NCBI GenBank assembly: GCA_964016885.1
Contig: CAXHJY010000028.1
Coordinates: 5,769 to 69,768 of the forward strand
Source of the DNA: Eledone cirrhosa
Taxonomy: Eukaryota
DNA: 64,000 nt
Direction: 5' to 3'
Shown: in pieces, positions 13,191-27,282 of the stretch
Layout of the letters: each line of letters begins with the position of its first letter
Numbering within the stretch: the first letter of the stretch is position 1
Program-made: the position numbers and the translations under genes
Notes under the pieces: generated by a model
The model's input: only the letters and a program-made list of their open reading frames with translations
Told to the model about the DNA's origin: nothing
Databases searched by the model: none

Positions 13191-15203
13191 GATATATATT
13201 CTATTATATTTGTTCTAGTTTGATGTATCACCTTTTTGTTAGTCCTACTTTCTATTTTGTATTTCGTTCTCTCACATCATTGCTGTTATTGGTATTTATC
13301 ATAGAAAAATAAAAGTAAAATAAACAACAAAATAATATACCATAAAAAAGGTTTTGTAAGTATAAATTTATATGGTTGCAAATATATCTAAATCACGATA
13401 GAATTAGATTTTAAAATATGTCAATAAAATAGTTTTCTTTTAATATCTCATTTTGTTTTCATTAAAATGATTATTGACAGATATGGAATAAAACTATTTA
13501 GCTTAGAAAGTCTTCTAGCCTTCTTTCTATCATGATTGAAAGTTTCTCTCCTACATGTAAGTCACCTCTCTCTATACCAGTGATTCTTTTTTCCAAAGGA
13601 AAGGCAAAGATTGCCACAGCTTGGCACTACTGTCGCTGCAACACGTTCTTTTTTTCCAGCTGAGTGAACTGGAGCAGCATGAAATAAAGTGTCTTGCTCA
13701 ATGACACAATGCATCATTTAGTCTAGGAATCAAATTCACAACCTTAGAACAATGAAGCTAACCGCAAAAGCCTTAATTCCACATTATATTAATGTAAATT
13801 ATAATAAATTACTTGTAATTTAGAGTGTATGGTGAGGGCAGTAGTATATTGGTAGAATTGGTAGACCATTAAATAAAATACTATTACAGTATTTGTTCTG
13901 GCTCTTTAACCATTTAGCATCCAAACCAGCCCTATCTGGCCAGATTCTCTCACCTCTTTCTGTTGTAACCAGCCATTCATACTGATGTTAAGGTATTTTT
14001 CTCAAAATATATAATATCAAAAAATCTGATAGATTCAATATTTTGTGAGATAGCCTTTACAATAAAAATATAATAGTAAATATAGAGTAATGAAAATACT
14101 AAAGGGTTAAATCCTGATTTTAAATCCTGTCAAGTTCAACTTTGCCTTTCATCCTTCTGGGATTGATTAAATAAAGTACTTGGGTTGATTTAATCAACTT
14201 TATCCCTTCCCCAAATTTGCTGCCTTATGCCTAAATTAGAAATCAATTTAGAATGTATGTTCAGAAGTTTTATCTTTAGTTTGTGTTTTTTCTTTTCTGT
14301 TTTTCTATTCTAATATTTCAAAAATTGTTTGGAATCATTTTTTGATTTTCATAAACCTAGTCCTGTAAGGGGTATTTTTCATGTCTCATGAAAAGCATCC
14401 AATTAGAGCTGACTGAGAAATCAATATAATATTGATCTCAGGAAGACTCGAATTCTTATTGTAATTATTATTTTAGAATTTAAGAACTTCTTATCTAAAA
14501 TGTTAAAATATATTAGAACAAATAAAATGTCACCAAAAGTTTATCAATTTCCTACTTTATACTTTACTTGTAAAACACTTTATAGTGTATGATGTATGAC
14601 AATATATAAAATACTTTGTACAATTTTATTTAGTGTATGGCAGTATTTTAAATACTCTATACATTTTAGTCCATGACGATTTTAAAAATACTTTATACAA
14701 TTTTTTTTTAAATACTTTATACTTTATAATTTTTCTAGTGTGAACACTATTCATGTAATTTTAAAATTACAAATGTAATTTTATTTGACTCATTTGCAAA
14801 ATATATTTATCCTTCATATTTCCTCCTACTAAAAACAGAATTAATTTTATTCCTTGTACTTTCTTTTTCTATATATTTTGAAATGCTTGTAATTGTTATT
14901 ATTATTTATAATGTAAGCATTAATTAAACTGATTTAATAAGGCTTTTTTCTTACAAATATTTCATAATCTTTAATATATTTATTCACTAACTAGTATTAT
15001 TATTTCCTTATGTAATTTTACATCACAACAATTTCATTAACCATAAATGTACAAAATTCATTAAAAAAATTAATAATAATTTTAAAAGTCCAGTGTGTAT
15101 GATGTATGTGAATATTAGTTTAAATTAATGCCAAATGCCTTATAGTGATGATTATTATAATCAAGAGTAAATAAAACATAAACTAATGGATAATTGATTA
15201 CAG

Positions 15204-15227
15204 AAGTCAAGCAAAAAAGTCGAAAAT
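15204..15227 (+). CDS. CADPS: Candidate 24-nt phase 0/0 microexon of CAPS/CADPS (KSSKKVEN)
   Basis: actaat branch-like motif at 15182, ttacag acceptor, AAGTCAAGCAAAAAAGTCGAAAAT, consensus gtaagt donor. It is in frame with the phase-0 start of the 31916 exon and lies in a repeat-poor stretch. No transcript evidence. Confidence 0.5.
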
Positions 15228-15590
15228 GTAAGTATTTTTTTTCTCCTTTGCCCAGCCTTAGTGATTGTGAACTGTCTTTTTTTGAAACAGTAAGAGTAGT
15301 TTGTTAGGAATTTCCCCATACTAAATGGTTAACTTATCAACCTTCTTTCTACATAAAAACTAAGTCCTTATGAAATCACAAGCTTGACTGGTGATAAGTC
15401 TTTCAAGTTTGATTCTATCTCTTCCTTATTTCACATCAGATTTGGTTAGAGTTTCCACATATATTTATACTAATAATCTAGATGTATTAACAGTTATGTG
15501 TACATTTAAATAGTTTTTTCTTACCTCTAACATACAAATTAGCTCCATATATATATATGTCTGTATATGTTTATGTGTATGAGTATGTAT

Positions 15591-15626
<36 letters not shown>

Positions 15627-15886
15627 ATGTATGTATATACATGTGTGTATATAGATGTATATACACATACATACATATATATATATATACATACATATAT
15701 ATACAAACATATACATATATATACATATATATACATTTATATACATGCATACATACACACATACACACATATACAATACATACATATGCACTTACACACA
15801 CATACATACAAACATTATATATGTATACACACACATATATATATATATGTTACACATAGAAATATATGTATATATATATGTGTATG

Positions 15887-15918
<32 letters not shown>

Positions 15919-18014
15919 CGTATGTATATATATATAAATGTATATACATAAATGTATATATATATAAATGTATATATATATATTCTTATATATATATGTA
16001 TATATATATATATATTCTTATATATATATGTATATATATATATATATATATTCTCATGGATGCATGGTTCTTTTAAAAGTATATATTTTTATAGTTTGTC
16101 AGTATTCTCTTGATTTCCTTCTTTGTTCCATGTATGTACTCAGCACTTTAAAATATTTTCTAATGTAGCACTGTGTATGCATGATTTTTATTGACACATC
16201 ACAGTGTTGTTTTAATATAAAGAAACATTAGTAGCATCAAATGTTTTGGAATGATATGAAATTAAATAGTAAGTTAGTTATTTATGTGTCTTTGTACTTG
16301 TCTTTTGCTTTTTTTCTGTTTTTTTTGTTTGTTTGTTTTTTGTTTTTTTTTACTTCATTTCTTTTTCTCCTAATTCAATAATCCAACATAGCATAAGTTT
16401 GTTCTTTTGATTTATGTTGATATAATGCTAATTATTAGACTGAGTGTAAAAGTATAATGTGGACAATAACATCATTTTCAGTCTTCCCTTTACATTAAAA
16501 ACAATGACAAAAAAAATATAAGAAATAAAAAATAAGATATAATGAAATATTTTACATGGGGCAATTCTGAAATCAGAACCCTGTCTACTTCTTTCTTCAA
16601 GCTGGATTCCTTATGGCAGTTACTGTCCTTATGGTATGACAGTCAGAAGTAATATCTGAGCCATGGTTTTCTAATACAGATTATTTCAAAACCATGATAA
16701 AGAAATTTAACAAATAAAGCTAAATTTGTTAAACATTATTCTAATTTCTGCCTTAACTTTGAGGTCTGTTCCATCATATCTTACTAATCCTTACATATAT
16801 ATACTCCTTTATACACAAATGTATCATCAATTTGTTTTAAGTGTCTACCAGGCACCTTCTGTTTCAACTTCTAACCAAATAAGGAACTGCACTTAAGTGT
16901 ATTCTATTTTCCTCAGCAAAAGGGATTTCTAAGTACCCTGGTTGAATATTTTATATTCTCTTTAAACTTTTTGAATACTTATCCCATTCTTTTTATTTTA
17001 AAAAAACTATCAATATATCAATATTTAGCATCTTCCTAATGCAGTGAAAATGAGCATTACTCTAGTAATTCAGGGTAATGCTCAAACCTATAAAACATTA
17101 CAAGCAAGCTATTTTGTGTTCACAAGCACAGATTTACATATTCAACTGCACATCATACACATTTAAGTGTGCATACAAAATATGCATTCAAAGAGATTCA
17201 TATGCTAATGTATCTTGTAAAGAACACACACTTAATATTCTCCAACTATTGCCCATTGTTATGTTGATTTCTACTATAATGGTTTCTACTCTGTTGTAAT
17301 AAATCTATATCATGTCCATCTAAATCTACATCTTACTTTATCACCCTCTTCTTCTTATCACTCCTACTTTATCCCATCTCCTCAACCTCATATCTGTAAT
17401 TTTCCTTCTTCAAACCTGTATTTTTATGTAACTCCTAACCATAACCATCACATCTTCTTTTGACAAGTTATTTAACAATTTAGAATTAATATCAACATCT
17501 TTAGATGACATAACTGCCAAATGGAAAATAACATTCAAATACCTACATTTTCTACAAAAATATCAACATCTTTAGATGACATAACTGGCAAATAGAAAAA
17601 AACTCAAATTACCACATTTTCTACAAAAACCATTTAATATAGCTAAGATTCAGCAAAATCATAGTATTTTCATTTAATTTCTGTAAACATTTCACCACTA
17701 TAATTTCAGTGTATTTATCACAAAAAGTAATTGTAATACATTTAATCAAAATAGATAAATGATAAACCAAACTTAATTGTTTGAATTAAATTTATGTATT
17801 TTAAAGTTTTGTATTTTCCTTAACTCAAAGAAAACAATTATATAAGAAATACTAAAAATGATATATTTCTAGATATAATTACACTCTTCTTCTATTTCCT
17901 TGTTTAAATGTTAAAGATAATACTAATTTGTTGAGGCATTTAACTGCCCACTACTCTTTACAGAGCAGCTTCTATATTTCCAAATATTTTAAAAACAAAT
18001 TTAGATTATTCTTT

Positions 18015-18345
18015 TTAACCTGTTGACTGCCACATACATTTTACACCGCTACAGTTGCTGTGCCGGTTTGGGGAGGGGGGAGGGGGGCTTTCAGTAAAAT
18101 GAATATTTTGATTGACAAACGTCACATCAATAAACTAGTAACACCTTCTAGCTTTGAAGTTATGAACTGTTGGAAATGAGTTCATAACTTTGAAGTTATG
18201 AACTGTTGGAAACGAGTTCATAACTTTGAAGTTATGAAATGCTGGAAAGGAGTTCAAACATGTTAGGACGAGTTATCTCGTCTGTGGCACTGGAATGCAT
18301 ACATGTTACAATGAGTTATCTCATCTATGGCACAGAAAAGGTTAA
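18015..18345. mobile_element. Second TTAA-flanked (piggyBac-type) MITE with internal palindromic ~35-bp tandem units
   Basis: ttaacctgttgactgccaca...tatggcacagaaaaggttaa ends; internal gagttcataactttgaagttatgaac repeats. Confidence 0.55.
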
Positions 18346-19564
18346 TACAGAGGAGAAAGTACAGTGGTCATGACACTTTTTAGAGCCTCTGAAATTAGGG
18401 AAGGATGGTCAGTTATCTTCAGATTTAAATACGTAGCTCAGAAACAACAGAGCAATGTTACCTAAGAATGAAGTGGTTGTGTTAAGCAGGGTGATGGATT
18501 AAGTCTACCACTCAAAAATAAGAACAATACCTTCAATTTTATACACTTGATTTTAGTTAACCAGAGTCTTTAGTAGAAAACATTTGACCAAGGTTTCCAA
18601 AATCACATAGTTATGAAATAAATTAACCCTTTAGTGTTCAAACCAGCCAAAACCGGCCATAATTCTCTACCTCTTTCAGTTGAAACTGGCTGTAACTGGT
18701 CACTCAAACTGATGTTAAGGTATTGTTCTCAAAATAAATACTTTCAAAATCTCAAAGATTCGATATTATGTGAGATAATTATGTGAGGTAAAGCCATGAA
18801 AATATAATAGTATATATAGAGTAATGTGAATGCTAAAGGGTTAAACTTCACAGATATGCCTGCATTTATTCAGTATTTTCTCATTCATTAAAAATAGGTC
18901 TTTGTATTCTCATTTATGAAGCCGCTAACTTCAGTATGCTTACTTTAAAATCTTTAGTGGCATCCCACTCTATAAACAAAAGTTAAATAACATTATATAA
19001 GAAGCTATTTAAAATCAATTTCTCTATATTTGTCTTAAATATACAAGAAACAAATAAAATATGATTCTTTTTACAAGCAGATTACAAGCTATGTTTAGAA
19101 AAGAACAGACTAATTAATTAGGAATAACTTAAAGCATTCACTGAGGAAAATCTCCAAGAGAATAAAAATATTGAATTTCTATATGGAAGGAAAGTCATCT
19201 TCTTATATATTTTTAATCTATATTTTTGAAGCCATAACAATGTTAGTTGGAAATGTACCAGCTCTTGAGCTTATATGCTCTTGATGCTACAAGATGCTAT
19301 AAGAAAATGTTTCATCATACAAATCAAAACATTTTGCTAACACATGTAAGGATTCTTTAAAATAACTGGGAAACATTGGCATAGATTTTGACTTACAACA
19401 AAGTTATGTTTTTCATATTATTAATGATTTTTTTTTAGTTTAGTTCCTATTGATTATTTATTATTGATTGTTTGGATATTAAAAAAAATTACCCTTGTCA
19501 TATTCTTCTTTTTATTTATCAATGATATCTAAACTCCTTTACAACAGGACTGCAAACATTGTAT

Positions 19565-19631
<67 letters not shown>

Positions 19632-20339
19632 CATCATCATCATTATTACATCCCTTTACAGTCTGAGTTCAAATCCCGCCGAGGTTAACTTTGCCTTTCA
19701 TCCTTACGATAAAATAAAGTACCAGTAATGTACAGGGTAATTGCTGGCCTTGTGCCAAAGGTAGAAACAATTATTATCATCAGTATCACTATTTTACATC
19801 TGTTTTCCATGCTTGCAATGGTTACATGGATTGTCCCACTCTGAGGCAAGGCAGACAAGTCAGATGACATTGTCTTGATCATACATTCCATTTTGGTATG
19901 ATTGCTATGGATGGATGATCTTCCTAATATCAACCACTTCACAGCATCTTCTGAGTTCATTTTCTCATGGCACCACTACTACCACCCGATAAGGTGGTAT
20001 GCGTGCTTTTTTTAATGGCACCTGCACGACCATTTTACAGTATGGGCAAGGAGGGTGGAGAGATTCAGGGATAAATTTGACTGCGTGAGTTGTGAGGGAG
20101 AGGGGGAAGTAAGTAAGTGTTGGGAGAAAAAGTGGGCAAGTAGCTCTGACATTACAGTGAAGGTGCATCCACCTTCGAGTAGAAGTCAGGGATATGGATA
20201 AGGGGGACTAGGTTAGTAGGGAAGAACTATAACGGCGTAGGAGGAGATCAATCATGCAAGGAAAAAACTGGGTGAGGGGAATAGATAACGAGGGTGGTGG
20301 GGTGATGGTAAGGCAGCTTAAGTGTTGTTAAATCATTCT

Positions 20340-20780
20340 GCCTTCTTCAGCCATCTTCCCCATGCTCATTTCATCCTGTTTGTATAGGGATGTGAGTTTT
20401 TTATAGTATGGCATATCACAAGCTGACTCAATCCTGTGCCATCTCCTCCATGAGGTTCAACTTTCTGAGGTTAGTCTTTACCACTTCATCCCATATTTTC
20501 CTAGTTCTTTCTTTTCTACAGGTTCCCTACACTTTGAGTCCCCTACATATTTTTTATGCAGTTCTCATCCTTCATACACATCACATGGCCATATGAATGC
20601 AGTTTTCTCTCTTATACACTGCATTTGGTCCCTCTTATGCCCAGTTTTCTCTCAGCTTATTAATGCTTTTTTGTTCTTGCACACTACTATTAAACATCCA
20701 TTGGAGCATGTTCATATTATTTCTTTCCAGTCTTCACAAATCCTCTGCACTCAGTGCTCAAGTCTTGCTTCCACACAGAC
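20340..20780 (-). mobile_element. Decayed RTE LINE 3' fragment
   Basis: Homologous to the RTE C-terminal region (catcacatggccata = YGHVM on the minus strand; catccattggagcatg = MLQWM). Confidence 0.7.
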
Positions 20781-21063
20781 ACACACACACATACAGAATA
20801 TAGTTTCAAATATGCTTCTTCTTTATCACACTTTTTGTTTGAATACTATAAATTCAATTGTTAAAATTTCTATTGGGTTGGTTATTTAAAAGCACTTTTG
20901 TTAAGTTGTTAGTTTAAATACAACACCAAACTCTAGTCCAGTGCTTCACAAAGTGGATTCCAAGGAACCATGAGATTATGCGAGAATAATCTGTGATTCT
21001 GTAAAATAAAGTGTCTTTTAATAAAATGTAATAAAACTATATTCTAGGTTTCACATATATACA

Positions 21064-21424
21064 TACTGGTGTCTCCTGGTATTTGTAGGGGTTATATTCC
21101 TAGAGCATCCGCAGAGGGAAAAACCGCGAATATTGGATGTAGTCCATAAAAATTCCCATAAACATCAAAATATAACGTAAAATATAATAAAAAAAGAGGG
21201 GGCATCCAATAGGCCAGCAAATATAGTATATTGATATTAATAATTTAGCATTAAAAATATATATATATTGTCACAAAAAAGCCATTAAAAAATCGCAGAT
21301 ATTTATGATTTCATGTTTATGCAATGGTATCCACGAACAATTATTAGTTAAGGTCTCAGGAAAATTCTGTGAATAATCAGGACAGTGAATGCCGGGGCCT
21401 AGAAAGCTGGAGGTACACTGTGTA
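21064..21424. mobile_element. Probable pogo/Tigger-type MITE
   Basis: TA-flanked degenerate ends (tactggtgtctcctgg...ctggaggtacactgtgta) and a Tigger-like subterminal segment ggtatttgtaggggttatattcc...aaaaccgcgaatattggatg. Confidence 0.45.
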
Positions 21425-22098
21425 TATATATATGTGATGATGATACAGTGACAGAGTATATGTAAAATAAAGAAAATGTGAAGTTCGATGTAGATATTTA
21501 AAAATCCTTCATTAACAATGGCGATTGTAGTTATATGATAGTTCAATCACATATTTAATCACATGATCTCATTAGACAACCTCTTATGTAATAAGGTTAC
21601 GTTTCCAAGGCAATCCAATCTAAAGACAAGGGAATAGACAGAAATGATGTTTTCATAGCTGTAATTTCATGAAAAACTTATAATTATTATGTTATACTAG
21701 CAGAAAGACCACCCTTCAGGTGGTTTTCTGCTAGCATGTGTAGTGTGTATATTGATATTATATGCAAGTATATGTACATGTAGATATGATACATCAAATA
21801 AAATCATAATTGACAATATACACAGAAATTGAACGAAGACGTTGTTACACTGTCTTATGTAATCAGTAACGTAATCCATGATACATTAAAAAAGACGATA
21901 TTATACATAAACTACATTAGGAGAAAATTAGTGACAGAAAATTAGTATGTTTATTTAAGCGATGGCCAACCAGAAGTGTTAACATTTCAGAAATTTTAAA
22001 GAAGTGAATCTTTAAATAAACAAAATATATTTAATGAACAGCCACGAAATTTAGTAGATAAATTATGTAATATTCATTCATTATTTATTCAACTTAAA

Positions 22099-22420
22099 AG
22101 GAGGTGGATTGGCAGTATCGGTAGAGGGTCGGACGCCATGCTTTGACGCATAGAGTTACGGCCCTTGCCATTCTGAGTTCAAATCCCGCCGAGGTTAACT
22201 TTGCCTTTCATCCTTACAGGGTCGATAAAATAAAGTACCAGTAATGCACTGGGTAATTACTGGCCTTGTGCCAAAAGTAGAAACAATTATTTATTCAACT
22301 TATGAGTTCAAATCCCGCCGAGGTTAACTTTGCCTTTCATCCTTACAGGGTCGATAAAATAAAGTACCAGTAATGTACTGGGTAATTGCTGGCCTTGTGC
22401 CTAAAGTAGAAACAATTATT
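22099..22420 (+). mobile_element. tRNA-derived SINE family A with tandem duplication of its 3' part
   Basis: A-box-like tggcagtatcgg, B-box gagttcaaatcc, conserved gcctttcatccttacagggtcgataaaataaagtaccag. Other copies at ~7235, 10153, 10864, 13838, 19655, 23482, 28023, 31003, 31241, 45268, 45760 (-) and 46528. Confidence 0.85.
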
Positions 22421-23703
22421 TATTCAACTTATTTTACTAAGGAGATAAAAAATTATAAACCGTACACAGTCCCGCGCTCCTTACTTATAGTTTAGATTTG
22501 GTGAGGGTTATGTTATATTATTGCCAGAAATATATAATAAAACACACTCACTGTTTGGTTTGGGTTCGTTTTCAACACATGATTTCATATCAAAGACCTT
22601 GCAAAACAAATTCATCGCCATCACTTATAATAATTGCTGTTGTAAAGTTCAAAATATTACATTTTTCTAATTCATTATATAACACATTCTGATTTAGTTC
22701 AGAGAACATATGTAAAGACATGTGGACATGTAGTTAGTGTTAGTGTCACAAACATAATATTGAGGGTGCAATTTCTTGACTAAGTAGTGCACTCTGTTCT
22801 TGAGCAAGGTACTTCATTTCACTTTGTTTTTCATGAAAGGACTGGAGACCCCAGCATTAACCCTTCAGCATTTAAACCAGCCATATCCGGCCAGAATTCT
22901 CTCACCTCTTTCTGTTCAAACCAGCTGTAACTAGCTACTCATACTGATGTTAAGCTATTGATCTCAAAATAAACAATATCAAAATCTCATAGATTCAATG
23001 TTATGTGAGATAAATATGTGAGATAAAGTGTTTACTGTGAAAATATAATAGTAAATATAGAGTAATGTAAATGCTAAAAGGTTAAAATGGTTGAGAAACT
23101 TTCTATGAGATGCAATCGTATAACATTTTGAATTGTAATCATAATTAGGATTCACATTAGTTTTGATAGCTATTTCTTTTCATTTCTGGATTATATGTAA
23201 ATATTTAAATATTACGAAATTCAACAATCATAAGCTCTTACAGTTACAGAGTCAACACTTCCAGAATATTTAAAATAAATTCTAGGAAAGGATAAAATGA
23301 ACATTTATATCAACATATATTGAGATATTTAGTATGTTGTTATAATATGTCTTCTATGTAGAGAACTTAACATTGAGAATTTTAGTCTCCACATTTACAT
23401 GTAAATATTTTTCAATGAAGAAATATTTTAAAGTTTATATAAACTTACTTATTTATAAGTACATAAACACAGACATATACAGGGCAGTATCGGTAGAGGG
23501 TCGGACGCCATGCTTGCCAGCATAGTTACGTCCCTTTACGATCTGAGTTCAAATCCCGCCAAGGTTGACTTTGCCTTTCATCCTTACGGGGTCGATAAAA
23601 TAAAGTACCAGTAATGCACTGGGTAATTGCTGGCCTTGTGCCTAAAGTAGAAACAATTATTTATTTTATATATATATATCGTTAAATGATGATGATGATG
23701 ATG

Positions 23704-23736
<33 letters not shown>

Positions 23737-23844
23737 TCTCTCTCTATATATATATATTATATAAATAAAATTAGAATTTTATTTCTTGCCCTAGCACAGT
23801 TGATACATAAATGTAAGTATGCACATGTACACTCATATATATAT

Positions 23845-23879
<35 letters not shown>

Positions 23880-23897
23880 CACACATGCATATATACA

Positions 23898-23968
23898 CAC
23901 ACACATGTATGTATGGGTTATATCAAACATTACATTATTCTTAATGTTTGATATAACCCATACATACA

Positions 23969-23977
<9 letters not shown>
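23898..23977. repeat. Perfect hairpin (~35-bp arms) within microsatellite
   Basis: cacacatgtatgtatgggttatatcaaacatta / taatgtttgatataacccatacatacatgtgtg. Confidence 0.8.
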
Positions 23978-24025
<48 letters not shown>

Positions 24026-24060
24026 ATATACATACATATGTGTGTGTATATATGTGTATG

Positions 24061-24093
<33 letters not shown>

Positions 24094-24289
24094 ATATACA
24101 TACATATGTGTGTGTATATATGTGTATGTATATATATATATATATATATATATAAAGTGTGTATATACATACATACATATGTGTGTGTATATATATATAT
24201 GTGTGTGTATATACATATATATGTGTGTACATGTGCATACTTACATTTATATATATATATATGTGTGTGTGTGTATGCGTGTGTAGGTA

Positions 24290-24433
24290 GGTAGATAAAT
24301 ATAAGTACCCTTAGTAGTGTACAGAATAATATATTAATAAAGTATATTGTCAGAAGAAATAATAAAATGGTGTTTATCATTTGTAATAAGCAGCGTTTTA
24401 TTACATCTTCTGAAAATTATACTTTATTAATAT
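24290..24433. repeat. Imperfect fold-back element with left tail
   Basis: atattaataaagtatattgtcagaaga ... tcttctgaaaattatactttattaatat. Confidence 0.6.
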
Positions 24434-24536
24434 GTGTGTGTGTTTAAAATATATATGCATAAATATCTGTATATATATATATATATAAAGAAAAGAAATG
24501 TATATATGTACATTCATATATATATACATACATATA

Positions 24537-24593
<57 letters not shown>

Positions 24594-25009
24594 TTTTATA
24601 TATATACATACACACATGCACAGAATAACTTACATGCACATATATGAATTCATTGACCTCTAAATGCATAAATCTACACATGCACACATGTTTATGTATG
24701 TACATCTACATATGCATGCACATATGCATGCTTATTATAAACATTTATTCCTACATATATATGTTTTGCTTCTGGCATCTTGTGGCTTATGGACATTTTT
24801 GTAATTAGGTTTTGGTAAATGGGGAAATGTTTGGCTGCCTGATATTGGCTCACAGGCAATTATAGACAGCAAATGTTTGAATGTGTATACATAAACTCAA
24901 TGTAGGTCTTGTGTATTTCACTAGTGTGTGTGTGTGTCTATACACATACACAGAAACAGAGAGAAGGATCAAGATGTTTAAGGACAAATGTATGAGAAAA
25001 CTCTTTTGT

Positions 25010-25345
25010 ATTTCCTATTGGGAATTTAAAACCAATGAATACATGCAGAGTAAAGTTAAAAGTTTTGTCACCAGGAACCTCTCCTTGCCACTGTCAAGAG
25101 GAGGAAACTGGTGTGGTTTGGCTATGTCACATGACAGTCTGTGGAAGACCATAATGCAAGACAGCATTGAGGGTGGACACAAGAAGGGACGCCAATGCAC
25201 TAACTGGTTGGGCAATGTCAAAGAATGGATGCAAATGGTGACACCAGATTTGTTGACGGCTGCTGTTGATAGACTATTTCTAGTGTGTACTGCTTCTGCA
25301 GTAGGATCTCCCCAACAACTACAGAAGTCAAGGGACTGATGATGA
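25010..25345 (+). mobile_element. Decayed RTE LINE 3' end (third family)
   Basis: SHDSLWKTIMQDSIEGGHKKGRQCTNWLGNVKEW, an RTE C-terminal motif; ends ...gtcaagggac(tga)n. Confidence 0.75.
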
Positions 25346-26944
25346 TTCATAGAAACACACATGGCCATCTGAAAGAGATGAATGTGTGTGTGAAAGGGAG
25401 ATGAAGAGAGTGACAGAGAAGTGGAATGAGACAAAGAATGAAAGGAAGAGTTGAAAAAAGACTGAGGTGGAAAAAATAAATTGACAGTGTTTAACTCTTT
25501 AGCATTTAAACTGGCCATGTCCAGCTTGTATTCTCTCACCTTTTTCTGTTCAAACTGGCTGTAACTGGCTGCTCATACTGATGTTAAGGTATTTTTCTCA
25601 AAATAAATAACATCAAAATCTTGTAGATTCGATATGTGAGATAATTATGCAGGGTAAAGCCTTTACCACAAAAATACTATAGTATATATAGATTAATGTA
25701 AATTCTAAAGGGTTAAACATCTTAAAATAATACCAGAATTTAGTGTTTTTTAGCACTCAGTCCTGCATTTCTTCTTTCTCCTGCTCTAACTCCATTACAA
25801 CTCACAGTTTTTCTCCTTTCCTTTTCTTGACTCCTTGCTATTTTATTCCAAGGAGTCCTTTTATTTGAGATTTTTTCTTCATAGATTATTCTAGGATGCA
25901 TTTAGACCCCTGTGTCAAAATTTGTGAAGATTAATTGAGAAATGGTGACATTGTTTCAAAACAAACAAACAAACTTTCCCTAGAAGAAGAGAGAGTGGAA
26001 GCAGGAGGTTGTCAAACAAGAAATAGAGAGTGGGTGAATGACAGAAGAAGATATAAAATGAAAGTGATGGAAGGATAAGAAGTTTATGTCATGCTAACTT
26101 GTTAGTTCAAAAGTAGAAGATTCTTCATTTTTCTGTCTACTTTTTCATGCTGACATGAGTAGGACAGTAGAGGCAAAACGAAAGTGAGCAGAAAGATGAG
26201 GTCTTTATTAAAATAACTGGAGGGTAAAACGGGGAAAGAGTGAGAGTGAGAGAATTAAAATGTAAGTGGTGGGAGTAATATGTATTAGATCAATTAGAGT
26301 GTCGGGTATCATTGATGCAGTTGTAGAGTAATTTATATATAAGATTCTATCAGAACCACATAAACCATCTCCTTTATAAATATATATATATGAGCCCTAT
26401 TATTGGCTGACTGGTTGTTGTACAAGTAATGGGGTCTACAAAGTCTTGTAATCTCACGTGACAGTGACTTCTTTATTTGAAATTTCTCTAGCAGGGATGT
26501 TGGTGACAACTATGATTTTGCAATCCTCAAGAATTCTGATGGAACACCGAGCAACTTTCATATGAACTTACTAGCATGCTTTTCCCTTTTTTTCCATCTT
26601 GATAACTGTATTATATGCACTTGAAATGGCAATAATAATCTCGACATACCACACCTTGAATTTCAATATCATATCACCATTGAAAATGACAGTTAGTCAC
26701 TGTTTCAATTTGGCCTTTTTCTCTCAACACTACTCTTGGTAACATTTAAAGCACCATGTAGATATATCCAAAGCCTTGCTTTCTGTTATGATCTGCCCTC
26801 CTACAATTTGAACCTGAATTTCTTAGCCTATCACTAAATCATAAACAAACTGTGACTGTGTTTGACTTTAGGTATGGGGGTCAACATTATTGAAATATCC
26901 TGGGCTACTCTTGTTTTCATTACAGTTATATATATATATATCAT

Positions 26945-27282
26945 CATCATCATTTCATTTTACGTCCGCTTTTTCCCTGCTTGCAAGGGTGGGACGGGAA
27001 CTGATTCTGGCTTGATTTCTACAGCTGGATGCCCTTCCTAACACCAACCTCATTTACAGTGAGTGCTGGGTGCTTTTTTGCCGTGGCACCTCCACGACCA
27101 CTTTGCAGTGGAATGATAGGGACCCCAGTCCCTATCATCTCATTACTACAGCTGAGTAAACTGGAATAATGTGAAATAAAGTGTCTTGCTCAAGGAAACA
27201 ACACATCACCCGGTCTGAGAATTGAACTCACAACCTTTTGATTGCAAGGCCAATGCTCTAACCACTAAGCTATGTGCCTCCA
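26945..27282 (-). mobile_element. Full-length tRNA-derived SINE family B (tRNA head, CORE-like body, RTE-derived tail)
   Basis: Minus strand: ggaggcacatagcttagtggttagagcattggccttgcaatc...gagttcaattc (A/B boxes), then the RTE-like tail and (tga)n. Confidence 0.85.

Noticed and set aside
13481-13556. Possible exon (ttgacag ... gtaagt)
   Set aside because: It is 76 nt long, has an in-frame TAG in phase 0 and shows no CAPS similarity.
16602-16633. Possible small exon (ttcttcaag ... gtatga)
   Set aside because: It is 32 nt long, so not frame-preserving between phase-0 junctions, and its splice sites are weak.
27205-27282. tRNA gene on the minus strand (also at 32360-32430)
   Set aside because: It is the head of a SINE and continues into the CORE-like body and RTE tail; no complete acceptor stem is evident.
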